Assembly (NCBI GenBank): GCA_965261105.1
Contig: CBDHCM010000006.1
Coordinates: forward strand, 1,284,405-1,348,404
Source of the DNA: Candidatus Aldehydirespirator sp.
Lineage (GTDB): Bacteria > Actinomycetota > Acidimicrobiia > Acidimicrobiales > Aldehydirespiratoraceae
Direction: 5' to 3'
Length of the DNA stretch: 64,000 bases
Shown here: positions 31,325-38,196 of the stretch, in pieces
Layout of the letters: each line of letters begins with the position of its first letter
Numbering within the stretch: position 1 is the stretch's first letter
Notes under the pieces: model-generated
The model's input: only the letters and a program-made list of their open reading frames with translations
Database searches by the model: none
Told to the model about the DNA's origin: nothing
Program-made: the position numbers and the translations under genes

Positions 31325-31504
31325 TTAGGCGTCGGGGTCCATGCCTTCGCAGGTCGTGATCGGCTCGGACAGGTAGCGCCACTCGTCCTCAGCCTTGGGC
31401 GGGGTGTTGACGATGGCTCGCATGATGTTGTCGGGCGTGTCGTCGATGGGTTCGGGCATGGAGCGCTTCGCGGGCCGTCCGCGATTGCGCTTGGTGGTGG
31501 GCAT
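31325..31504 (-). CDS. small basic protein with AT-hook-like N-terminus, coupled to the restriction gene
   Basis: 59 aa: MPTTKRNRGRPAKRSMPEPIDDTPDNIMRAIVNTPPKAEDEWRYLSEPITTCEGMDPDA. Its ATG shares one base with the upstream TGA (TGATG at 31502-31506). It contains an RGRP AT-hook core. Confidence 0.55.
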   Translation of the reverse strand: MPTTKRNRGRPAKRSMPEPIDDTPDNIMRAIVNTPPKAEDEWRYLSEPITTCEGMDPDA

Positions 31505-32055
31505 CAGGGTTCCCTTCTGTGCTGGTCGATGGCGGTGACGAGATTCAGCATGTGGTCCTCGAAGTCGTGGATCGGCCGCAACTGACCCCGACGCTTGGTT
31601 AGTTTGTGCGATACGGAGCCGCCTTTTTCCATCGAGACGAGATGTCCGGCTTCGCCGGTGGCGACGGCGGCCTTCGACCAGGCATCGAACCCGATCTGAT
31701 CGGGGCCGATCCCGACACATAGCAGGGCCTCATACTCGCGGTGATAGCGAATGTGGTTGAACTGGAACGATCCGTGAACGTCTTCCGTGGCGGTCTTGAG
31801 TTCGAAGGTCACGTCCTCAATGCGAATGTCCCACGGCGACTGCCTTTGCCTGCCCTTCCCTTCTGGCTTCTCGGGGAACTCACAATCGAACCCGATCTCG
31901 TGGCATAGGCGCTCCACGAAGTCCTGACCGGCGTCACCAACCTTTGTGTTGGACAGCCGCTTGATCGCCTCGAACATCGAATCGACCCACTTGTTGGCGT
32001 CCGAGTAGGACGCGAGGACATCTAGCAGGATCGCCTCGGCGTCAGGCAGCATCAA
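31504..32055 (-). CDS. putative type II restriction endonuclease (PD-(D/E)xK fold)
   Basis: 183 aa. GDAGQDFVERL followed by SPWDIRIEDVTFELKTA fits an E...D-x(n)-E-x-K nuclease core. It overlaps the upstream methyltransferase stop by 14 nt. GC is about 53-57%. Confidence 0.6.
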   Translation of the reverse strand: MMLPDAEAILLDVLASYSDANKWVDSMFEAIKRLSNTKVGDAGQDFVERLCHEIGFDCEFPEKPEGKGRQRQSPWDIRIEDVTFELKTATEDVHGSFQFNHIRYHREYEALLCVGIGPDQIGFDAWSKAAVATGEAGHLVSMEKGGSVSHKLTKRRGQLRPIHDFEDHMLNLVTAIDQHRREP

Positions 32056-33007
32056 CGAAGCCTGCGTCGGTGAGCGCTCGACGGATGTGGTACATGCTGA
32101 TGTGGCGGCAGTTGTGGGCGGCGAGGTTGCTGTAGTCGCGCCAGTCCGTCCGATTCAGTAGGTCGGTCACGGTATCGTGTTCCTTCCGAACGACGATGCC
32201 GTAGCCGCACACATAGCGAACTTCCGAGAAGCACTTCACTAGTCGGGGAGGCTCGGCGTAGAACGTGCGCTGCAGGAACCAGTCCGCTTCGGACATGCGC
32301 TCCTGCCCGCATAGTCGTTCTTTGCGCTGGTCCACGGTGAACAGGTCGATCCATTCATTGCAGGTCGCTGTTTGTCGGTGGTTGTTCACGCCGCGCTGCC
32401 ATACCTGCCAGAGAGCGTTGATCTTCGCGGGGCGTCCTTTGGCGTCGGTGAAGCTGTCGGCGGGGAGCGGCTCGGAGTGGATGAGCCGTAGTCCATCCAC
32501 TCGGTGCTTGGGGCTGCCCTTGCCGTCGCTCTGGAACGCCATCGGCAGGATCATTCCCACGTAGTCAGCGAAGGTCGCTGCCTGGTTTACGAACGCTAGG
32601 GCGAGCCATGCCCGGTACCCGAACGGCGGGTTGCCGACGACGGCGTACCGGCGATGGTCGGCGGGTGGTGTCCATGTCAGGAAGTCGGCGCGTTCTAGGT
32701 CCGAGCGAACGGGGAGAACGTCAATCCCGATTCGCCTGTCCGACGGCAACAAGTCGTAGAACGCCCCCGCTCCCGCTCCGGGTTCCACGAACCGGTACTC
32801 GTCCACGGGAGCGTGATCGGCGCGCATCCGGCCCAGCAGGTCATCGTGGCAGGCGGCTGCGATCTCGGGGCACGTGAAGAACTGGTCCAACCCGACGTGA
32901 CGCGGTTCTACCCACGACGGGATAGGTGCCCCCGCGGCCCACATCCGGTTGCGGGCGGCGATGGCTTCGGCTTCCGTCAGGATCGGCCGCACCGCGGTGA
33001 GTGTCAC
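32042..33007 (-). CDS. N6-adenine DNA methyltransferase (motif I before NPPF)
   Basis: 321 aa, GTG start. Motif I is FVEPGAGAGAFYDLL and motif IV is YAVVGNPPFGYRAW. It is small, lower-GC, and directly followed by a nuclease-like ORF. Confidence 0.8.
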   Translation of the reverse strand: MTLTAVRPILTEAEAIAARNRMWAAGAPIPSWVEPRHVGLDQFFTCPEIAAACHDDLLGRMRADHAPVDEYRFVEPGAGAGAFYDLLPSDRRIGIDVLPVRSDLERADFLTWTPPADHRRYAVVGNPPFGYRAWLALAFVNQAATFADYVGMILPMAFQSDGKGSPKHRVDGLRLIHSEPLPADSFTDAKGRPAKINALWQVWQRGVNNHRQTATCNEWIDLFTVDQRKERLCGQERMSEADWFLQRTFYAEPPRLVKCFSEVRYVCGYGIVVRKEHDTVTDLLNRTDWRDYSNLAAHNCRHISMYHIRRALTDAGFVDAA

Positions 33008-33585
33008 GACGGCGCTCCGATCAGTTCGGTGTAGGGCAGGTGCTTGCCGATCATGCCCCGCACCGACTCGGCCATCATGTCGGCGGTGTCCATCGGACGC
33101 CGAGAATGGCGACCGGCGAACTCGTTGACGTACCGGTCCAGGTGCTGCGGGCCGACGTGGTGGAACGTGCCGTGGTAGCCGCGCTTCAACCCGGCCCAGA
33201 ACGACTCGACGCCGTTGACGTGGGCCTGGCCGCTGACGTACGCCGAGACGCTGTGGCGGACGGTCTGGTGTCGGGGCAGTCCCACGCAGGAGCGGTGCTC
33301 GTCGGTGTAGACCATCGCTCCCGTCTTGGCGTGGTCGGTGACGAAGCCTTGCCGCGTCGCCGCGTCGGTGTTGTCTACCACGGTGGCGGCCACCCGTCCG
33401 GTATCCCGATCCTTCGCGGCGACGACCGTGGTCTTGTCCACCGCGCCCCGCCCGGTGATCCGCTCGCGGCGCACGCTGGCGTGCATGTTCTTGGCCTTGG
33501 CCTGAACGGTGCCCTCATCGGTCATGCCACCACAGTAGTGAGGGGGCGTGACATCGAATCTAGGACACGACCTGCGGTTTGTCAC
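33004..33585 (-). mobile_element. 5'-truncated IS1595-family (ISXO2-like) DDE transposase fragment
   Basis: MTDEGTVQAKAKNMH...TGRGAVDKTTVVAAKDRDTGRVAATVV...MVYTDEHRSCVGL...VRHSVSAYVSGQAHVNGVESFWAGLKRGYHGTFHHVGPQHLDRYVNEFAGRHS matches the C-terminal DDE_Tnp_IS1595 domain. The N-terminal Zn-ribbon/HTH (~100 aa) is absent. Its TGA overlaps the methyltransferase GTG (GTGA). Confidence 0.75.
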
Positions 33586-33620
33586 TCAGGTCTATAATTC
33601 GCCAACTCAGCCGTGACCCG

Positions 33621-33649
33621 CCATCACAGGATCCAGAAGTTCTGATCAG
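33621..33649. repeat. 29-bp repeat, copy A (contains CAGAAgTTCTG palindrome), overlapping the LLM gene stop
   Basis: CCATCACAGGATCCAGAAGTTCTGATCAG. Copy B at 34725-34753 differs at 2 positions. Confidence 0.85.
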
Positions 33650-34692
33650 TTGAAGGCCGGCATCACCTCGTCGTGGATTAGCTGGAGCTGGCCCTGGACG
33701 TCGGGCACCTCGATGTCTCGTCCGGTGAAGGCGTTCAGCAGGAACGAGTCGGTGATGCAGGCGATGAAGTGGTTGACGCCGCTGGGCTCGATGTCCGACT
33801 TGATCTTGTCGACCACCTCTTCGGGGGTGCCCGCCACCGAGAGCTTCTCGGCGATGTCGGGTGTCATGGCGTCGATCGCTCCCTGCACGTCCCCAGCGCC
33901 GAAGGCGTCGAGGATGGGCTGCACGTCGGCCTGCGAGACGCCGTGGCGCTCGAGCTGCTCGGTCGCCATGGCCGGGATGTAGAACGCTCCGATGGTCTGG
34001 GCCGCGGCCTTGGCCTTCGCCGAGTCGGGCCCGATGGCGAACACGTTCCAGACCGCGATGTCGAGGTCCTGCCAGTTGCGCCCAGCCCGCTCCGCGCCGA
34101 TCCTGAGGTGCTCCACCATGTAGTTGCACGCCTCCTGGGAGTACTGGGCGAAGGCGTGGGTGCCGTCGGAGAGCTCGCCTGCCGCCTCGAAGGACTTCGG
34201 GCCGCGCAGGGCGCCGATCAGCAGGGGAAGATGCTCCTGCACCGGGCGGGCGAAGGTGAACAGCCCGGCGTAGTTGAAGAACTCGCCCTCGAAGGTCAGC
34301 GCTCCGGTGTCGAGGAAGGTGCGCATCACGTGGTGGGCCTCCTTGACCCGGGACAGCGGCTTTATGCTCGTCCAGTCAGTGGCGTACTGGGCGAGCAGGC
34401 TGAAGTTCCCGCTGGAGATGACGCATTCGGCGCGGCCGCCGGTCAACTCGTCGAGGGTGGCCACGGCCTGGGCGACCAGGGTCGGCTCGCGCAACGCGAT
34501 CGGGGCCAGGCTGGGACCCATGCGGATCTGGGTGGTCATCGACGCCGCCGCTGCGAACAGCACGTACAGGTCCTTGTGCCAGGTCTCATCCGCGGCGTAA
34601 CACCCGTAGAAGCCGAGTTCGTCAGCCGCCTTGATGTGTTCCAGGGACTCCTGCAGCGGATAGTCGGGCAGTGTTACGAAACTGAACCTCAT
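33646..34692 (-). CDS. LLM-class F420-dependent oxidoreductase (methylene-H4MPT reductase-like)
   Basis: 348 aa starting at ATG 34692 (MRFSFVTLPDYPLQESLEHIKAADELGFYGCYAADETWHKD), with GGAGGAG 4-10 nt upstream. The track ORF extends to 35274 only as Arg/Pro/Gly junk. Confidence 0.88.
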   Translation of the reverse strand: MRFSFVTLPDYPLQESLEHIKAADELGFYGCYAADETWHKDLYVLFAAAASMTTQIRMGPSLAPIALREPTLVAQAVATLDELTGGRAECVISSGNFSLLAQYATDWTSIKPLSRVKEAHHVMRTFLDTGALTFEGEFFNYAGLFTFARPVQEHLPLLIGALRGPKSFEAAGELSDGTHAFAQYSQEACNYMVEHLRIGAERAGRNWQDLDIAVWNVFAIGPDSAKAKAAAQTIGAFYIPAMATEQLERHGVSQADVQPILDAFGAGDVQGAIDAMTPDIAEKLSVAGTPEEVVDKIKSDIEPSGVNHFIACITDSFLLNAFTGRDIEVPDVQGQLQLIHDEVMPAFN

Positions 34693-34724
34693 GTCTCCTC
34701 CTCGGCGGACCGATGGGCGCACGA

Positions 34725-34753
34725 ACCTACCACCATCACACGATCCAGAAGTT
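34725..34753. repeat. 29-bp repeat, copy B, about 33 nt upstream of the LLM start
   Basis: CCATCACACGATCCAGAAGTTCTGACCAG; direct orientation relative to copy A, spacing 1104 bp. Confidence 0.85.
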
Positions 34754-34811
34754 CTGACCAGCAACCACCGGTCAGCGCGCAGCCGCCTTCCGCCGGCAGG
34801 CGCTTGTTTCT

Positions 34812-35274
34812 CTAGGGCCGGTTGGCGGCTCCCGGGGTGGGGTCGTCCACGGTTTGGAAGTCGCCGGCGGCGTCGGGCACGCGGGCGTCGGCGCCCTGCT
34901 CGTCGGGGCCGTCGTCGTCGAGTCCCGCAACGACTATGGACGCGGGCTTGTCGACCTCCGCAAGCAGGCCCCCCTCCGCCGGGCTGGAGTGACCGGCGAA
35001 GACTCCCATGCCTTCGACCGGTTCCTCGGACCCGTTGAGCAGCAGGCTGTTGATCGTTCCCTCCCCCAGAGGGTTGGGGCTCAGGTTGCTTCCCCAAGTC
35101 GTCTCGAAGGCGACCGCCAGGGTTCCCGACCCGGCGGGCGGCGGGATTGACTCCTCCGGCTCGGGCCAGTCGGGCGGCGCGAGGGTGAGGTCGGCCAGGA
35201 TTTCGCCTCTCCGACGGGTCCTGCAGGGCCGCCACCACGGCGTCGATGTCGGACCAGTCGGCGGCGTCACACAC
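34812..35274 (-). pseudogene. 3' remnant of a disrupted secreted-protein gene (frameshifted; possibly the distal part of the CotH-like gene at 36835-37330)
   Basis: Two adjoining frames read VCDAADWSDIDAVVAALQDPSE and GEILADLTLAPPDWPEPEESIPPPAGSGTLAVAFETTWGSNLSPNPLGEGTINSLLLNG...TVDDPTPGAANRP*. The frameshift is near 35205-35215. An in-frame TAG lies just upstream (~35285) and there is no start. Confidence 0.5.
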
Positions 35275-35336
35275 AGCTTGACGCTACATAAGATATCTTT
35301 TGGGCGGGGGAGGGCCAGCTGCCGGACAGGCCACGC

Positions 35337-35415
35337 TGCCGCGACAAGTGTCACTATGTGCAGCCCGATGCCACCGATGGGGACACGTGCCGCCATAAGT
35401 GTCACTATGTGCAGC
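35337..35415. promoter_or_regulatory. two ~28-bp direct repeats upstream of fic (candidate operator/promoter)
   Basis: TGCCGCgacAAGTGTCACTATGTGCAGC lies at 35337-35364 and TGCCGCcatAAGTGTCACTATGTGCAGC at 35388-35415, a period of 51 bp. The second copy ends 24 nt before the fic GTG. Confidence 0.45.
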
Positions 35416-35438
35416 AGAAGGGTGTTAGGCTGGGCCGC

Positions 35439-36782
35439 GTGGGACAATACATCACCGCCGAGGGCTGGATTGTTGCCGACGGCGTATACGGCAAGCGGGA
35501 GTATCGAGCCTACATGCCGCATCCGCTGGCGGGCTGGTCGCCGTCGGTGTCGGCGGACATGATGTCCTCGCTGAACTCGGCAAGCGACGCGCTTGCCTCG
35601 CTGGCGTTTCGGCGCAGCGGCACTGCCGGCCTCGGAGAATGGATGACCGCTCGCGACGAGAGCATCCGCAGCAGCGCGATCGAGGGGGTCCGCTCCACTG
35701 CCGCGGGTCTCGCATGGGCGCACTACCGCGACGGCGCCGGCCTGCCAGTCTCCGACGACAACGACGCCCTCACCCTCGGCGCCTCCCGGCAGGTGGACGT
35801 CGCGGTCGGCCTCGGTCGGCGGATGCGCAGTGGGCACCGCTGTTCGCTGGACGATGTTCTCGCCCTGCACAAGACCCTGTTCAGCGGCACGCGCGACGAG
35901 CCCATCGGCGGGCATCTGCGCGACTGCCCGATGTGGGTCGGGCCGAGCGGCGCGCCGATAAGCGCGGCCACCTTCGTGGCGCCGCCGCAGGAAGCCGTCC
36001 CGGAACTGCTCGACGACTTGATCGACTACATCAACGGGTCAGATCATCCCTCTGTGATCCAGGCCGCGGTGGCGCACGCCCAGTTCGAGACGATCCACCC
36101 CTTCGAGGACGGCAACGGCCGCACGGGACGGGCACTGACCCAGACAGTCCTCAACGCCCGCTCCGCAGTCGACGGCAGCGTGCCCGTGAGCGCGGCGCTG
36201 AACAACGACACGCGGCTCTACTCCTCGGCGCTCCGGTCGGCTCAGAGAGTCGTCTGCGCCCGCGGCGACCACGCAGAGCGCGACGCCGCGCTGCTGCCGT
36301 GGCTAGACTTGTTCCGCGGTGCCTGCGAAGCTGCCGTGGTGGAGTCCCTCGCCGTCAGCGACGCCATCGAGTCGGTGGCCGTCGGGTGGCGGAGCCGGAT
36401 CCGCGCCAGGGCCAACTCATCGGCTAGGACGCTGATGGACGCCCTGCCGTCGATGCCTGTGTTCGACGTCAACTCCGCGGCGGAGCGGCTGGCAGTTTCT
36501 ACCCGGTCCGCCCGGCGCGCCGTCGAAGCGCTGGAAGCGGCGGGCATCGTGACCTCGTCGGGGACGCGCCGAAACCGCCGATACCGGGCCGACGAGATGA
36601 TCGACGTACTGCGTCGCGTCACTCCCGACGGTGGCCGTTCAGCAGGCTGGAGCGGTGGCGAACCGTCAAGTCCGCTGCCGGAGCCGGCGCAGCGGCTGCT
36701 GTGCAGACATATAGGCGTGCGCTCAAAGCGTCGCTGCGTGCTGGCATACGGGCACGCAGGCGACCACCGCTACAAGCGCTGA
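35439..36782 (+). CDS. Fic-family protein (AMPylase-type core motif) with C-terminal winged-HTH
   Basis: Canonical motif HPFEDGNGRTGRAL at 36096-36137. The C-terminal HTH is VNSAAERLAVSTRSARRAVEALEAAGIV. Start is GTG 35439, in frame with track ORF 35358..36782. The last ~40 codons may read through into the flanking relic. Confidence 0.85.
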   Translation: MGQYITAEGWIVADGVYGKREYRAYMPHPLAGWSPSVSADMMSSLNSASDALASLAFRRSGTAGLGEWMTARDESIRSSAIEGVRSTAAGLAWAHYRDGAGLPVSDDNDALTLGASRQVDVAVGLGRRMRSGHRCSLDDVLALHKTLFSGTRDEPIGGHLRDCPMWVGPSGAPISAATFVAPPQEAVPELLDDLIDYINGSDHPSVIQAAVAHAQFETIHPFEDGNGRTGRALTQTVLNARSAVDGSVPVSAALNNDTRLYSSALRSAQRVVCARGDHAERDAALLPWLDLFRGACEAAVVESLAVSDAIESVAVGWRSRIRARANSSARTLMDALPSMPVFDVNSAAERLAVSTRSARRAVEALEAAGIVTSSGTRRNRRYRADEMIDVLRRVTPDGGRSAGWSGGEPSSPLPEPAQRLLCRHIGVRSKRRCVLAYGHAGDHRYKR

Positions 36783-36834
36783 GCGGTCCCTCCCCTGCTC
36801 GGCGGGGTTCGCTGCCTAGCCCGACTTGGTTCTG

Positions 36835-37330
36835 CGAACCCCTTCTTGCGCACACCGACGCCGGCGTGGGACTCGCCGTCCACGGTCACCGTTGCGGGGA
36901 ACCAGGTGTAGATGTCGGCAAAGGGCCGGGACAGGCCGAATTCCTCGATCTCCGCGATCACGTCCTCGAGTGTCCTGGTCTGGTGGCGCAGGGTGTCCCA
37001 ATCCTCGCCGGCGATTTCGATGCTGATGTCCAGCACGCGCTCGAGGGCGAAGTAGGCATCGCTGGGGTGGTCGTCGGCGCCGTCGTGGTGTGTCGGGGCG
37101 GGAGTGGCTGTCGACCCGGGCGCCAGTTCCGGCGCGGTGCTGCTTGTCTCAGCTCCCGCCGGGGCGCTTGTGGCCTCTGTCGTCGGGGCTGCAGGGGCCG
37201 TGGTGGAGGCGGCCGCCGCTGCTGCGGGAGTCGCGGTTGAGGATCCGCCGGCGTCGTCGGTCCCGCCCCCGCAACCACCCGCAATGATCGTTGCAGCCGC
37301 CAGTGCTGTGAAGCCGTTGTTGTGGTCCAA
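36835..37330 (-). pseudogene. 5' fragment of a CotH-like lipoprotein gene, truncated at the Fic cassette junction
   Basis: A TTG start at 37330 gives (M)DHNNGFTALAAATIIAGGCGGG, a lipobox, followed by an Ala/Thr/Pro linker. Then DAYFALERVLDISIEIAGEDWDTLRHQTRTLEDVIAEIEEFGL...YTWFPATVTVDGESHAGVGVRKKGF matches the CotH-kinase-family N-terminal pattern. Homology stops after RKKGF at about 36835-36845. Confidence 0.6.
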
Positions 37331-37363
37331 TATGGGCCATAGGCGGTTACACTCGGGCCGATA

Positions 37364-37522
37364 GTGCGTGTTGAGTTGGAGCGGATCGAGGCGCTGGAGC
37401 TGCTGGGAATGGTTGTCGCGCATCTCAACCACGCCGAGGCGGCCGGGGAACTGTCCCCCCGCATCCCGACCCTCATGGGTATCCGCGACAAGCTGGCCGC
37501 CGGCCTGCGGGAGGAGCAATGA
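37364..37522 (+). CDS. possible 52-aa ORF translationally coupled to the next gene
   Basis: GTG 37364 gives VRVELERIEALELLGMVVAHLNHAEAAGELSPRIPTLMGIRDKLAAGLREEQ*. Its TGA overlaps the downstream ATG (ATGA at 37519-37522). It is too short for the ORF track and no homology was recognised. Confidence 0.3.
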   Translation: MRVELERIEALELLGMVVAHLNHAEAAGELSPRIPTLMGIRDKLAAGLREEQ

Positions 37523-37779
37523 GCTACACCGACGCTGATGTGTCCGCCGCGGTCGCGCGAATGGACAAGTACCGCAGCGGCATCGACTATGAGGTCGGGG
37601 CTGCTCTCGCCGTGGTCGGCCTCAGCGCCGAGCGGGCCCGCAGGGAGACCGCCATCCGCGACGACATGATCCGCACGGCCCATCGCGTCGGTGCCTCGTT
37701 GCGACAGATAGCCGAGGCGTCCGGACTCGGCCGCAAGACCGTCACCGCGATCGTGGAAGCGGATCCGCTCCGAGCGTGA
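37519..37779 (+). CDS. small HTH-domain protein
   Basis: 86 aa. The C-terminal ASLRQIAEASGLGRKTVTAIVE is a plausible helix-turn-helix. Confidence 0.5.
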   Translation: MSYTDADVSAAVARMDKYRSGIDYEVGAALAVVGLSAERARRETAIRDDMIRTAHRVGASLRQIAEASGLGRKTVTAIVEADPLRA

Positions 37780-38109
37780 CGGCCGCTCGATCGGCGAGGC
37801 CGTCCGCAAGCGGCTGCTAGCAGCCCGTGGCTGGTTTCATCTCGTGCCTGCTCCAAGCCCGGCCGCGGTCGCCGAGTGGTGTGGAGGGCCGGGCATGATC
37901 CGCTGAGGCACATCGCAGGAGTCTGCTATGTCTGCTGGGGTGAGCATCGGCGCGACTGCGCAGGGCCGAGCCGACCACAGCGGCGGGATCCGCGCCGCTG
38001 GTCTTGGCCTGAAGTATGCAAGAGTTACGGCGATATAAATAACATGGCTAATATTTGATAAACTCAGTTGAGCCGGTGGGGACATCGACCGAGGAGCCCG
38101 TCCATGGAT

Positions 38110-38192
38110 CTGCTAGTTGTGACAACCCAAGACGTTGTCCTGGTCAAAGCTCCCTGCCCATGCCGGCTACCGCTCTTCGCTCCCCAGCGCGT
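38110..38192 (-). pseudogene. relic of the 5' end of a second copy of the PT-linker anchor gene (start codon ATG changed to ACG)
   Basis: 38133-38196 aligns to 42549-42612, the start of gene 41652..42608, with about 6 mismatches. CAT at 42606-42608 (ATG) corresponds to CGT at 38190-38192. Homology fades by about 38110. Confidence 0.6.
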
Positions 38193-38196
38193 CGAA

